A stretch of DNA of 49,512 nucleotides from a virus: UHGV virus genome UHGV-1368206. One strand, written 5' to 3'. The first letter of the stretch is position 1. Each line of letters begins with the position of its first letter. A model generated the notes under the pieces. The model saw only the letters and a program-made list of their open reading frames with translations, was not told where the DNA came from and searched no databases. Made by a program: the position numbers and the translations under genes. Positions 9,472 to 18,797 of this stretch are shown piece by piece.

Positions 9472-10005
9472 TTAATCAAGGGGAGCGATCCTCTCAACTG
9501 TGAGGCTAATTCTCTGTATTGCAGCCATATCCAAGGAGAAAAACATAAGAAACTTATCTCTTACTGTTGCCTCCTTTTTGGTGTCAACAAATAGCTGATC
9601 TAGATATTCAGACTCCACTTTCCTGATCCTGTATATTTCATTCAACCTGTTAGTGACACTTGGATCATCAAAACTATATCGCTCGATATTATGCGCAAAG
9701 TCATTGCGCATTCTTCGGAATATATCTAGGTAATCACGAACAAATCTACGAATTAGGCCCAATCTGTAAGCCATAGCTATCTTCGATTCGAGTGTACCTA
9801 AAGGTGCGGCCGGACCAGTAAATAGCTCGTCCTTTTTATTATCACTTTCTAAAAGGTAGGCACAAATTAATTCGCTCAGCCCTCTCTCAATGATACTTGA
9901 AGCAAGTAGTACTGCCCCTCTATCACTTTCCGCTGATAACATTCTGTAATTGCTAAGTACAACGGCACCCATTTCTGGACCTGTAAGAGCCTCTTTTGTG
10001 TCCAT
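9472..10005 (-). CDS. HEPN-motif (Rx4-6H) protein, MtlR/Abi-like; a moron in the tail module
   Basis: 177 aa, predicted helical, with RRMRNDFAHN matching the HEPN R-x4-H motif. Its start ATG overlaps the tape-measure stop (TAATG), and the gene has its own terminator. Confidence 0.5.
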   Translation of the reverse strand: MDTKEALTGPEMGAVVLSNYRMLSAESDRGAVLLASSIIERGLSELICAYLLESDNKKDELFTGPAAPLGTLESKIAMAYRLGLIRRFVRDYLDIFRRMRNDFAHNIERYSFDDPSVTNRLNEIYRIRKVESEYLDQLFVDTKKEATVRDKFLMFFSLDMAAIQRISLTVERIAPLD

Positions 10006-12653
10006 TAAAACGCCCCATTCGCTTTCGTTGATAAACCGAATTTGCTTATCATACCCATTGTCATTGGGCCATTGCTGTCAAGATCAGTTATGAAAATGTC
10101 TGTTATCATCTCACTTCCATTTTGGTTGCTATGTGTCTTAACATCAACACCGCTGGAATAATTGTAAACGTTGGTGATCACCTGAACAGCCCCACCACTG
10201 CCCTGCAAATCCTTATTGCTGATGACAGAGCCATTATCGCCCGGGATCATGTACTGACTGCCGTTGCTGGCACGGTAGATTTCAGGCATGCCGCCCTCAC
10301 CTACCTGGTACATTGAGCCCGCCGATACCGGCCCGCCATTTTTTCGCTTGCCGGCCAACGATGATCCAACAGCCAGCGCAGCCACCAGGGCGCCGAGGCC
10401 AATTGCAACCGCTCCGCCGAACGAACCGATCGAGGCAACAAGCGCCGCCGGCGTCCATGCTGCCGTTGTGGCTGCAGCTGATGATGTACTGGCGGCCGTG
10501 GTCGTTGCCAGAGAACTTACCTGTGTAGCAGTGGTGGCGGCTATAGAAGCTTGCTGCGCTGCCCCGCCAAACGCTGCAGACTTGGCTTGCTGGATGCCCA
10601 TTTGCACGAACGTATTAATTACGTCGTTGAGAATGGTGTTACCGATAGACTGCAATGCATCTGAGGCTGACATGCTGCCAGTGATGATACCGGTTAATGC
10701 ATTGGAAGCCTGATTGCCGAAAGCGTCCACCGCTGCGCCAAGAGCCTGATACCCTACGCTCTGTTGCGTGAACAATGCCCACATAGCATCCGTTCGTTCC
10801 TGCTCATACTGAGTATCAGCGGCTTTTTTTAGTGCTAAGGCCTGATTATGGGCGATAACCCCCTGTTGCTCGTATTGCTGGATTAGTGCTAACTGTTGGG
10901 CATGCTGGTTTGCCAGGTTCTGCACCGGATCCACATCGCCAGCTGCCTGCTGCTGCGGGGTGACAGCCTGTTGCGCGCGGATTTTCGCAAGGTTGGCCTG
11001 GTGAGTTGCCTCCAGTCTCTCGGAGGTCTCGTTGTATTGCTCCTGGCTGATTTTCTTCGCGGCCAGTGCAGTATTTAAATCCTGCACATCCTGCTTGTAA
11101 CTTGCATTCTCGCGCGCTTCAGGGAGAAGTTTCTCAGCCGCGGCTTGCGCCTTGATAGCGTTGACCGTATCCCACTTTTTAGCAGCATACTGCCCAGCCA
11201 GCGCTATTTGTTCCTGCGTAGCGCCTTTGCCAAGCGAAAGCTGAGCATTGAGGATCGCCTGTTCACGGCTTAACTCAGCTGTAGAGTCTGCGGCAAGTGC
11301 GGACTCCTGTTTCAAGCTCGCTAATTTCTGCGCAATCGAATCAGCCTGAGCTTCTGACTGCTTACCTGCCTTATTGCTTTCCTTTCTGGCCTCTGTGACT
11401 CGGTAGGTTTCAGCATACTCATCCTGAAGGGCTTTAATCCGCTTCTGGTCAGTCACCCCGGCATCGGCGGCATCATATTGAGCTTGCAGACGAGCTCTGG
11501 CCTCTCCCTCTAGTTTGGCAAGAGCGAGTCGGCGCTCGGAATTCTGCACAAGCTTTTTCGTTGCAGGATCATCACCTTTTGTCGGTGGAGCATTGAACTG
11601 GTTATTGCTAGCGTCATTCTTCGCTTTCGCTCGAATATGCGCAATTTCTCCTTCAATTTGTTTAAGCTGCACAGCTGCTTGAGCACGACGAGCCTGGAAG
11701 ACAGAATCAGACTCATACCAGCGCTGACTGTCCTTTAATTCGCCATTCAGTTCTTGCTGTAACTTAATCAACTTTGGCATTCTGGAAGAATCACCAACGT
11801 TGTTATTGTAGTAATTAAGGTTGTCTGCAACTGTCTGCATCAAGCCGGCCAATGTTGACGTCAATCCAATAGCTTGGTTCAGGTCATTTATGGCATTTTT
11901 AAACGCAACATCAAGACTGTTTTTTGCACGGTCAATACTGACCGGCATCTTGTCAAACTCTTCATTTACCGATTGAGACTGCTTCTGAATGGCATTCAAA
12001 GCATCCTGTGCTGTGAGCTTGCCCTCCAGCATTCTCTTGCGAAGATCCCCTATGGAAATGCCAAGTCCGGTAGCAATCTGCCTTGCAAGTTCAGGCATTT
12101 GTTCAAGAATAGAGTTGAACTCTTCCGCGCGAACGATACCGCCAGAGATTGACTGTCCAAATTGCCTTAAAGCATTCGCCATTTCCTCTGTCGAAGACGC
12201 ACCTATGGTTCCGATCTTCTGCAAAGTTGAGGTTAGCCCCAAAATCTGGGAATTTGTTGCGCCTGTTTCTTTTAATGCTGTAGTTAACGACTCCCAAAGG
12301 CGCTCCGTCTCTGACAGGCTATTACCCGTTTGTGACGCTATAGCAGAAAGAGTCGCTAAGGTTTCTTTTGCTACATCAATACTTGGGCTCAATCGTGTAA
12401 TGCGCGCTTGGAGAGTGACCATTTCGTCGCCAATGGCAATCAGTCTTTTCGCGGCATCAATCGTAAAAGCGGCAGCTATTGCAACACCGACTTTGTTGAG
12501 CGCGCCTTCGAATCTCCCAACAGATCTCGATGATTGCTCGAATTTGGCATCCATCTGATCGAGGCGTTTATTAACTTGCTGCTGCGCCTGAATCAGACCA
12601 GAAACATCAGCCTCTATGTCATAATAAATTTCACCTGCTTTCTCTGACATCAT
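10005..12653 (-). CDS. tail tape measure protein
   Basis: 882 aa with a long coiled-coil, Ala/Gln-rich middle and a Gly/Ala-rich C-terminal region. It lies between the tail tube/chaperone genes and the distal tail genes. Confidence 0.85.
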   Translation of the reverse strand: MMSEKAGEIYYDIEADVSGLIQAQQQVNKRLDQMDAKFEQSSRSVGRFEGALNKVGVAIAAAFTIDAAKRLIAIGDEMVTLQARITRLSPSIDVAKETLATLSAIASQTGNSLSETERLWESLTTALKETGATNSQILGLTSTLQKIGTIGASSTEEMANALRQFGQSISGGIVRAEEFNSILEQMPELARQIATGLGISIGDLRKRMLEGKLTAQDALNAIQKQSQSVNEEFDKMPVSIDRAKNSLDVAFKNAINDLNQAIGLTSTLAGLMQTVADNLNYYNNNVGDSSRMPKLIKLQQELNGELKDSQRWYESDSVFQARRAQAAVQLKQIEGEIAHIRAKAKNDASNNQFNAPPTKGDDPATKKLVQNSERRLALAKLEGEARARLQAQYDAADAGVTDQKRIKALQDEYAETYRVTEARKESNKAGKQSEAQADSIAQKLASLKQESALAADSTAELSREQAILNAQLSLGKGATQEQIALAGQYAAKKWDTVNAIKAQAAAEKLLPEARENASYKQDVQDLNTALAAKKISQEQYNETSERLEATHQANLAKIRAQQAVTPQQQAAGDVDPVQNLANQHAQQLALIQQYEQQGVIAHNQALALKKAADTQYEQERTDAMWALFTQQSVGYQALGAAVDAFGNQASNALTGIITGSMSASDALQSIGNTILNDVINTFVQMGIQQAKSAAFGGAAQQASIAATTATQVSSLATTTAASTSSAAATTAAWTPAALVASIGSFGGAVAIGLGALVAALAVGSSLAGKRKNGGPVSAGSMYQVGEGGMPEIYRASNGSQYMIPGDNGSVISNKDLQGSGGAVQVITNVYNYSSGVDVKTHSNQNGSEMITDIFITDLDSNGPMTMGMISKFGLSTKANGAF

Positions 12654-12666
12654 TTACTCCGGACGT

Positions 12667-12689
12667 AAAAAAACCCGCCGGAGCGGGTT
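12667..12689 (-). terminator. intrinsic terminator (acccgctccggcgggttttttt on the minus strand)
   Basis: A GC hairpin plus a U7 run, immediately downstream of the secreted-protein ORF. Confidence 0.55.
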
Positions 12690-12692
12690 ATG

Positions 12693-13022
12693 TTAATTGC
12701 AGGCTCTTCGCCCGACATAATAAGCTATTGTCTCATCACCAATCGGTGACATCCCTTTATCCGCCTCTGAGGAGTTCATTTGCTCTAACGACTCTCCAGT
12801 CCCTAAATATTTAACCGTCCATGATGAACAATCATAGAGGCGCTTAGAGTAAGTAGTTCCCGCAGGCCCCTCTCTTTTGGTGACGATAGTGGCCATGTTG
12901 CCATTCATATCTTTTTCAAGAATGGTATATGTACCTTTTGGATCTGAGGGAATTTTCATTACTTCAGATGCAAAAGCACCAAAAGAAACAATTGCAATTA
13001 ATGCCAGCGCTACTTTTTTCAT
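12693..13022 (-). CDS. small secreted/periplasmic protein of unknown function (moron)
   Basis: From the M at 13022, MKKVALALIAIVSFGAFA|SE is a classic Sec signal peptide; the mature protein is about 88 aa. The gene is flanked by terminators. Confidence 0.5.
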   Translation of the reverse strand: MKKVALALIAIVSFGAFASEVMKIPSDPKGTYTILEKDMNGNMATIVTKREGPAGTTYSKRLYDCSSWTVKYLGTGESLEQMNSSEADKGMSPIGDETIAYYVGRRACN

Positions 13023-13079
13023 ATCCCTATCCCCATTGATTAGTTTGGACAAATCCTAGCAGGGATAGAAGCGAACGAC

Positions 13080-13103
13080 AAAACCCGCAGTTAAGCGGGT
13101 TTA
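13080..13103 (-). terminator. hairpin terminator after the Rha/KilAC antirepressor gene
   Basis: The minus strand reads aaacccgcttaactgcgggtttt. Confidence 0.4.
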
Positions 13104-13146
13104 AATAACAAAGCCCAATTTAGGGCTTTGAATAATTTTCAGATAG

Positions 13147-13878
13147 TTACGCCACGTCAGCGCCGTGAATCAGGTGGCGTAGCGCTTTCACGCCTTCTGC
13201 ATTGTAGCGGAACGCCTCGACCTGTTTGTCTGAGTGCTTCGCCTTATCCCATACGAACATTCCATACTGCTCCGTTTTTAGTTCATGCTTGTTGGCAAGG
13301 CGACCGATCTTTTGCGGAGACACTCCCAACATCTCAGCGACATCTCCAGCTGTACGGAGATGCTCTTCAACCTTCGGCAAAGGAAGAAGCTCAATACCTG
13401 CCGCATCGTTAACAGCACGAGCCATAGCGGTTTGCTTTGCAACGTCGCTAAGCTTTGGCATGAACGACAGCGCCAAGCTCATTGCCTCAACTTCCATCTT
13501 GATCGCCCGTGCGCGGCGAAACTCTGGAAGGTGAGATGTTGATTTCAGTGGCTGCACTTGACCAGACTCAAGTTGACGCCAGCGCGTGGCTACCTTGTGA
13601 CGGAGCGGAATGCTGTATCCGGTCATTAATGTCATAGTCAGATCATGGTCAAGCTTGATCTCATCGATAACCACACGGCCATTATAAACCTTACGCTTGA
13701 TAGAAAACTCTTTAGAATCATAATCATCCATTTCTGGATAATGGCGATTAAGGGCTTCAAGCATTGCCTCAATATCACGGACTACATGAGCAGGTTGTTT
13801 CCCTGTCAGCTTAGCAATTTCGTGATGAGACATCATGGTGACAATTGAGCCTACATTTGCTACATTTTTAGAAGTCAT
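13147..13878 (-). CDS. antirepressor with N-terminal Rha (pRha) domain and C-terminal KilA-C/Ant-like domain
   Basis: The N-terminus MSHHEIAKLTGKQPAHVVRDIEAML fits the Phage_pRha pattern. The C-terminal half resembles the P22 Ant C-terminal region. Confidence 0.7.
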   Translation of the reverse strand: MTSKNVANVGSIVTMMSHHEIAKLTGKQPAHVVRDIEAMLEALNRHYPEMDDYDSKEFSIKRKVYNGRVVIDEIKLDHDLTMTLMTGYSIPLRHKVATRWRQLESGQVQPLKSTSHLPEFRRARAIKMEVEAMSLALSFMPKLSDVAKQTAMARAVNDAAGIELLPLPKVEEHLRTAGDVAEMLGVSPQKIGRLANKHELKTEQYGMFVWDKAKHSDKQVEAFRYNAEGVKALRHLIHGADVA

Positions 13879-13917
13879 TCGACATTCCTTATGTGGTAGT
13901 AAGGGTGTGACATTAGA

Positions 13918-13950
13918 GCCAGCAGCTGAACCCTGCTGGTTTTTCTTTTT
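13918..13950 (+). terminator. hairpin + T-run (gccagcagctgaaccctgctggtttttcttttt) oriented for the plus strand, between the two ant genes
   Basis: A 7-bp GC stem followed by T5CT5 on the plus strand only. Confidence 0.35.
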
Positions 13951-13953
13951 GCA

Positions 13954-14574
13954 TCACTGCAATATCCCCTGTCTCAGGTGTGGTAATACCCTGCTCCAGT
14001 TATCATCCCTCCATGGGTGAAATTCGATATGCGCTGTCTCGCGTTTAATAATTTCCCTTGCCTTGTTGATCGAGCGAGGCAGTTCCTGTCCTATTGAGTG
14101 AAAGTGACCTGCTTCACGATGCTCAGCCACTCTCAATAACGGCGTAACACTCTCACAAGCTTTAAGCATTGTGTCGCTGGCTCTCCATAGCCACGCCAGG
14201 GAACAAAGTTCATCGTCTGTGAACTGCTTGGCGATCGGCGAGCGCTCCACTTCGCGATCCAGGATATCCAATACCCAGCGGCGGAACTCTTTTGCTTTTG
14301 GCGTGCGAGCAAACATCGCAACCAGGTGAGCACCGCGCAGCGAGAAAACGCGTGATTCCTGCTTTCCTGAAGGGGTGGTCAGTTTGACCACCCCTGTCAT
14401 TTGCGCTGTAAATTCATCAGCATGCCGAGAGTAGATGCGTTGCACAGCTTTATCATCTGCATACTCCAGCGCCTGGCCAACCTCTGACGCCGTAAGCCAG
14501 ATATGACCACCCATTTCCATGTATGAAAAATTGGTATTGTGGAAAGTTAACTCGTTGTTCTGTACACTGTTCAT
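13954..14574 (-). CDS. BRO-N domain antirepressor (Ant-like)
   Basis: Bro-N signature (…ELTFHNTNFSYMEMGGHIWLTASEVGQALEY…) from the ATG at 14574. The RBS AAGGAAA lies 8 nt upstream. Confidence 0.7.
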   Translation of the reverse strand: MNSVQNNELTFHNTNFSYMEMGGHIWLTASEVGQALEYADDKAVQRIYSRHADEFTAQMTGVVKLTTPSGKQESRVFSLRGAHLVAMFARTPKAKEFRRWVLDILDREVERSPIAKQFTDDELCSLAWLWRASDTMLKACESVTPLLRVAEHREAGHFHSIGQELPRSINKAREIIKRETAHIEFHPWRDDNWSRVLPHLRQGILQ

Positions 14575-14647
14575 GTCGATATTTCCTTCGCGGGATTTGT
14601 TCGATAAGGAGCCCTGACTATCGCAAGTAGTTAGGGCTTCGTCGTTT

Positions 14648-14827
14648 TTATGCTTGAGCAATTTTCTCTCCAGTCAGGCCATACGCCTTTCTCAGCTGGT
14701 AGATCAGTTCAGTATTGAACTGCCGACACTGTTCTTCACCGTTGCGCTCTATCGCTTTGCGCACATCTTCAGGGAAGCGGACTTTACGCTGATACATGTC
14801 TTTTGCTTTTTCCATAACCTTCTCCAT
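14648..14827 (-). CDS. Arc-like ribbon-helix-helix repressor
   Basis: RKVRFPEDVRKAIERNGEEQCRQFNTELIYQL aligns with P22 Arc (LRWPREVLDLVRKVAEENGRSVNSEIYQRV). The start could instead be 14815 or 14899. Confidence 0.55.
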   Translation of the reverse strand: MEKVMEKAKDMYQRKVRFPEDVRKAIERNGEEQCRQFNTELIYQLRKAYGLTGEKIAQA

Positions 14828-14919
14828 AAATGCCCCACCGTGAGACACCCAATAAGTGTCACACCGTGCGTCATTGCTGTCAACCCCACCGTGGGGCATA
14901 ATTTCTATATTGTGATTTT

Positions 14920-15378
14920 ATGGAAGCGACAAAACATATGAGCAGAGAAGATCCTCAATTACGAATCAGATTACCTATTGAATTAAAAGAAAGAATTGAA
15001 GATGCAGCCAAGTCAAATAATCGCTCAATGAATGCCGAGATAGTCAAGCGCCTTGACACCAGCTTCCTTAGTGAAATAAAGGATGATGAAGTCATATCAG
15101 CTCATGAGGCTATGAAAATGGCGGAGAACGCAAAAGAAGAAATCTCCGGCATTATATTTAAGAGAACATTTGAAGAAATTAATAAAAAAGCCCGTATGGG
15201 GCACAAAGAATTCTGCATTGAACTCAATGATTTAGAACTAGAATATCTCACATTAGCTGACTTTAATGCATCCCTTGATAAGACACTTACGCGCCTAAAT
15301 GAACTCGGTTATGTAGTTCCAGAAAAATCAGTTGATGGAGGGGGATTTCTGGTAAGAATACCTGACAATAAAAATTAA
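14920..15378 (+). CDS. Mnt-like repressor (Arc-family RHH N-terminal domain plus C-terminal extension)
   Basis: MSREDPQLRIRLPIELKERIEDAAKSNNRSMNAEIVKRL matches the Arc/Mnt RHH consensus (DP-x-F-x-R-P-x-E-x-K…NGRSMNSE). It is divergent from the arc-like/ant operon, as in P22 immI. The start may be 14938. Confidence 0.7.
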   Translation: MEATKHMSREDPQLRIRLPIELKERIEDAAKSNNRSMNAEIVKRLDTSFLSEIKDDEVISAHEAMKMAENAKEEISGIIFKRTFEEINKKARMGHKEFCIELNDLELEYLTLADFNASLDKTLTRLNELGYVVPEKSVDGGGFLVRIPDNKN

Positions 15379-15390
15379 TGATGTTAAAGA

Positions 15391-15430
15391 GCGACGACAG
15401 GACCATTAAACCCCCTGTCGTCGCCGATTT
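15391..15430. terminator. 11-bp inverted repeat hairpin (gcgacgacagg/cctgtcgtcgc) between convergent genes
   Basis: A perfect 11-bp stem with a 12-nt loop, followed by cgatttata. Confidence 0.4.
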
Positions 15431-15497
15431 ATAGGTCACTAACTGAAGAAATTACCCCTCAGGTAATCTGAATAGATATGAGCAGTTCGTTTGATTG

Positions 15498-16193
15498 TTA
15501 TTTGACCTCTCTTTTCGCTCTCATTCGTCTGCGTCGAGCAAAGTAGTCATCAGCTGCGTGATCGTACTCTTCGCGCGTATACCCTTTCTGCTCAGGGTAT
15601 TTAGCGATGAGCATTAGCTGAAACTCGGTCATAGTGAGTTGCCATGCTTCCTCCTTGCTTATGCCGAAGTGATTGCGCGCTGCGACGATATACTCAGATG
15701 CTCTGAATTCATTGGTTGTATCGCTAGTCTCATGGCGCTGGAGTTTTCTCACCTTTGCCTTGCCAATGATTCCATGCATCATTAGATTTTGAGCAACGAT
15801 GATCATTTCCGTCGCCGGCATCGAGCCAGGACGCCACATAAATCCGCGCTTGCGTGATTTACCCGGCTTCATCCATCCGACCAGTTCCCCGATATCGTCA
15901 TCGCAACAAGCAGTAAGAACGGCATGAGCAGCCATAACTGCTTTACGGTTAAGAAGTCCGCTCTGGATATATCGCAGAACGCAATCTGGCAGGCGGCTGT
16001 ACTCATCGTGGATATAAACCTGAGCCGCCTGTTTAATTAACGGTGTCGCCTCATCGTTACATAGGTCATAAAACGTCTGAACAATCTCTGCCGGCTCTCC
16101 GATTCTCGTCATGGCCAGCAGTGACGGGCGAAAGAAATATTCCTTATCCCCGGACGTAATCAGGCACTCGCCAAACTCTTTAACAGGCGTCAT
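15498..16193 (-). CDS. putative tail assembly chaperone (positional; lambda G/GT-equivalent)
   Basis: 231 aa, immediately downstream of the major tail protein gene. No motif was recognised. Confidence 0.35.
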   Translation of the reverse strand: MTPVKEFGECLITSGDKEYFFRPSLLAMTRIGEPAEIVQTFYDLCNDEATPLIKQAAQVYIHDEYSRLPDCVLRYIQSGLLNRKAVMAAHAVLTACCDDDIGELVGWMKPGKSRKRGFMWRPGSMPATEMIIVAQNLMMHGIIGKAKVRKLQRHETSDTTNEFRASEYIVAARNHFGISKEEAWQLTMTEFQLMLIAKYPEQKGYTREEYDHAADDYFARRRRMRAKREVK

Positions 16194-16244
16194 TTTTCCC
16201 CCATAAACAAAATCAAGGGCAGGAACACCTACCCTTTGTTTTGC

Positions 16245-16997
16245 TTACACCGTAACGGTTACCGTATGCGTTGCGGTAAACCCGCCATCATCTGTCTTCA
16301 CAGTGATTACTGCGGTGCCAGCAGTAGCACCGGATGGCGCGGATACGGTGACCGTATTGCCAGCAAATGCTACTGTCGCTCGCGCTGGAACAGATGAAGT
16401 AACCGTGAAGACCTTGTCGTCAGCATCTACAGGCGCAATCGTCACTTCGAAGGTGGTGCTTTCTCCGGCGGCGATAGAGCTGGTCGTTGGCGCAACAGTC
16501 ACGCCAGTTACCGGAATGCCTTCGTCCGCTTCGGTGATCTGGAACGTGTTGCCGTCAGCCAGTTTGAACTCAAAGCTGTAGGTAACAATCTCCTTCACGC
16601 CACCACCATCACTGGCGCCAGTCGGGACCATGTAGCCAATATGGAAGTAATCCCCCCAGTGAAAACGCATCCAGACCGCAGGTTGACGACGGGCGCGAAC
16701 TTCATCAGCGATATATTTCACGAATTGCTGAATGCCAAATTCATCGGTACGATCTTTGACACGGACCTCGCCTTCGATTGAGTACGTTGGATCAAGACTG
16801 GCGATCAGGTTTGAACTGAAACCGCCATTATCTGCATCCGAGGTTAATGCCTCCGGGCTCATATCCCACGTCGCCGAAGTCGGAAGACCAAGTAATTTCC
16901 AGTCGCCCTCCGCCGGCACCTGGTCAGCACATCCATACGCCAATTCAAGCGTCTTCGCGCGACCGATTAGTTGTTCGTTATTGGAGCAGCCTTGCAT
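16245..16997 (-). CDS. major tail (tube) protein with C-terminal Ig-like (Big_2) domain
   Basis: The C-terminal 90 aa are Thr/Val/Ala-rich beta-sandwich repeats (…VTVAPTTSSIAAGESTTFEVTIAPVD…TVTVTV). Position matches lambda V. Confidence 0.7.
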   Translation of the reverse strand: MQGCSNNEQLIGRAKTLELAYGCADQVPAEGDWKLLGLPTSATWDMSPEALTSDADNGGFSSNLIASLDPTYSIEGEVRVKDRTDEFGIQQFVKYIADEVRARRQPAVWMRFHWGDYFHIGYMVPTGASDGGGVKEIVTYSFEFKLADGNTFQITEADEGIPVTGVTVAPTTSSIAAGESTTFEVTIAPVDADDKVFTVTSSVPARATVAFAGNTVTVSAPSGATAGTAVITVKTDDGGFTATHTVTVTV

Positions 16998-17023
16998 CGT
17001 TGCTTACCTCACTTCTGATAATA

Positions 17024-17048
17024 AAAAAGGCCGCTCCAGGCGACCTTA
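17024..17048 (-). terminator. intrinsic terminator (aaggtcgcctggagcggcctttttt on the minus strand)
   Basis: A GC hairpin plus U6, near-identical in sequence to the terminator at 21984..22007. Confidence 0.5.
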
Positions 17049-17065
17049 TGAAATTTGGTTTAGTG

Positions 17066-17455
17066 TTATCCGCCAAAGAGACAGGCGAATTGTAAGCGCC
17101 ACACCATGCGCCCTTCTGCGGTCATTACTGGTGATGGGGTTCCGCCAAGGTTAGATATCTGCCCGATGCAGGCATTTGTCATAGGGTTCTGCTTGACGTA
17201 GTCGATGATGGCCTGCACATCGGTCTCTGATTTCGCGTAGTCGCCGGCAGACTTACCAGTTATGACATCCACCAGGACGTAATAATCAGCAGCCATATCA
17301 CGATCTACTGCCGTACCGCCATTGGGCCGGAATACGATGAATCTCTCCGTCAATTTCCCGGTATCGGTCCATGTCAGCGACTGAACGGTATATCCGGCAG
17401 TTAAACCGGCATCAACGAAGATGTTACGAACACGCTTATGCATCGGAGGGTTCAC
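17066..17455 (-). CDS. tail terminator / tail completion protein (positional)
   Basis: 129 aa, between the gp10-like gene and the major tail gene. Confidence 0.45.
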   Translation of the reverse strand: MNPPMHKRVRNIFVDAGLTAGYTVQSLTWTDTGKLTERFIVFRPNGGTAVDRDMAADYYVLVDVITGKSAGDYAKSETDVQAIIDYVKQNPMTNACIGQISNLGGTPSPVMTAEGRMVWRLQFACLFGG

Positions 17456-17892
17456 AGGGATAGCTCCTTTTTGATTGCCGCAGTAATCGCATCGCGCTCT
17501 TCGTCGAATCCCTTCTTAAGGAATTGAGGCTCGCCATGCGGATCCCAATAGTTTCCCTTTCCAGTCCCACCACCAAAATCACTACCGGCTCTCGTCTTCC
17601 CGAAATGGGCTCTCGGCTGGCCTTTTAGCTTGCCTGGCATATCATGCACAAATGCAGCGTAATTTGCAGAGTACCCAACCCTTCCAGTAACTCTTGTGCC
17701 GTTAACGTTAATTTCCCGGAACTGACTATTCAGGAGTGTAGATGAGTCAATTGGCGTGTAATACGCCGCCCTGCTGCTGCCTAAAATCAGCGCAGACTGA
17801 ATAGCACGCACAACCTTTCGCCCCTGAATATTGTCGATGATGCGGTTGAGATTGGCCTTAGCTTCCCTTACACCACGAACCTTTACGCCCAT
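17452..17892 (-). CDS. HK97 gp10-like tail component
   Basis: 146 aa with an N-terminal MGVKVRGVREAKANLNRI pattern typical of the HK97_gp10 family. Placed between head-tail joining and tail genes. Confidence 0.55.
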   Translation of the reverse strand: MGVKVRGVREAKANLNRIIDNIQGRKVVRAIQSALILGSSRAAYYTPIDSSTLLNSQFREINVNGTRVTGRVGYSANYAAFVHDMPGKLKGQPRAHFGKTRAGSDFGGGTGKGNYWDPHGEPQFLKKGFDEERDAITAAIKKELSL

Positions 17893-17894
17893 AA

Positions 17895-18242
17895 TTACAC
17901 TCCCGTCAGAATGGCGTAATCATCCACCAGACGCTCGAACGTATCGGCGTAACGGATGACCTGCCGTACCTCGTCAGCACCGGCTGCTACCGGGTCTGCT
18001 TCGGTTGACTGGCCAATCAACAGGTAATCACCCGCCGCTGCCAGTGCATACTCAGACCAGACGGTATTCTTCACGACGATTTCAGCACCAAGACTACCGA
18101 TGCGCTTAGAAAGACCACCTTCGTAATCACAGAGAATCGCCTCAGGAGGCGAGAACCCGAGCGAATCACCGTACTCATCATTGCCGAGCTTGCGCCAGAT
18201 GGTAGCCGTAGCGGTATAGCTCCAGTTCGCGGTTGCCGACAT
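17895..18242 (-). CDS. head-tail adaptor/joining protein
   Basis: 115 aa; assigned by synteny in the head-completion block. Confidence 0.45.
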   Translation of the reverse strand: MSATANWSYTATATIWRKLGNDEYGDSLGFSPPEAILCDYEGGLSKRIGSLGAEIVVKNTVWSEYALAAAGDYLLIGQSTEADPVAAGADEVRQVIRYADTFERLVDDYAILTGV

Positions 18243-18415
18243 CAGTCATCCCTCCATCGCAGCACAACGGCACCTGTGGCGCGTATGCGGTCGCAGTTGA
18301 TGTACCACTCACCGTTGTTTTTCACGTACGCTGTGGTTTGCTGCCCGGTATCGGTCATCACCCAGACACGGACAAATGACCGCGGATGGCGCTCTTTGAC
18401 GGATATCCATTTCAT
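18243..18415 (-). CDS. small DUF551-like phage protein
   Basis: 57-aa ORF absent from the track: MKWISVKERHP…, a characteristic DUF551 N-terminus. TGATG/ATGA coupling at both ends places it inside the operon. Confidence 0.4.
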
Positions 18416-18795
18416 CAGCAACCACCAACGACCATAAACAGGCCTACACTATTACCGGCACTAATTGGGAGTTCACCAGTGCAGCCACTGGTATCAAGCT
18501 GGGCCAGCGAGTCACGCAACCAGGTGATGCTGTCAGCAACGTAATCGAACGAACGTGACGCCCCGGACGGCGCCCCCTGCGATTTAATTCGCCGGGCGCC
18601 GGAGGAGGTCGCCATGAGCGCAGCGGCATACATCAGGATAAGTTTTGCCGTGCATTCGTCGTATCCCGCACCTTCGAGGCACGGGATAATCTTGTTCACC
18701 ACGCAGAGAATCGGATCCAGCAACGCGCCGGGAATGGAATAACCCAATTCACCGAGGAACGCGTGCACGTCTGCCGCTGTGATTGGGTCAGCCAT
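18415..18795 (-). CDS. head-tail connector (gp6-like) protein
   Basis: 126 aa downstream of the major capsid protein. MADPITAADVHAFLG… has the typical head-tail connector N-terminus. Confidence 0.5.
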   Translation of the reverse strand: MADPITAADVHAFLGELGYSIPGALLDPILCVVNKIIPCLEGAGYDECTAKLILMYAAALMATSSGARRIKSQGAPSGASRSFDYVADSITWLRDSLAQLDTSGCTGELPISAGNSVGLFMVVGGC

Positions 18796-18797
18796 GG

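Noticed and set aside
10122-12558. Several plus-strand ORFs, including 10288..10713 (141 aa) and 11989..12558 (189 aa)
   Set aside because: They are antisense to the tape-measure gene. The Ala-rich composition mirrors tape-measure codon bias.
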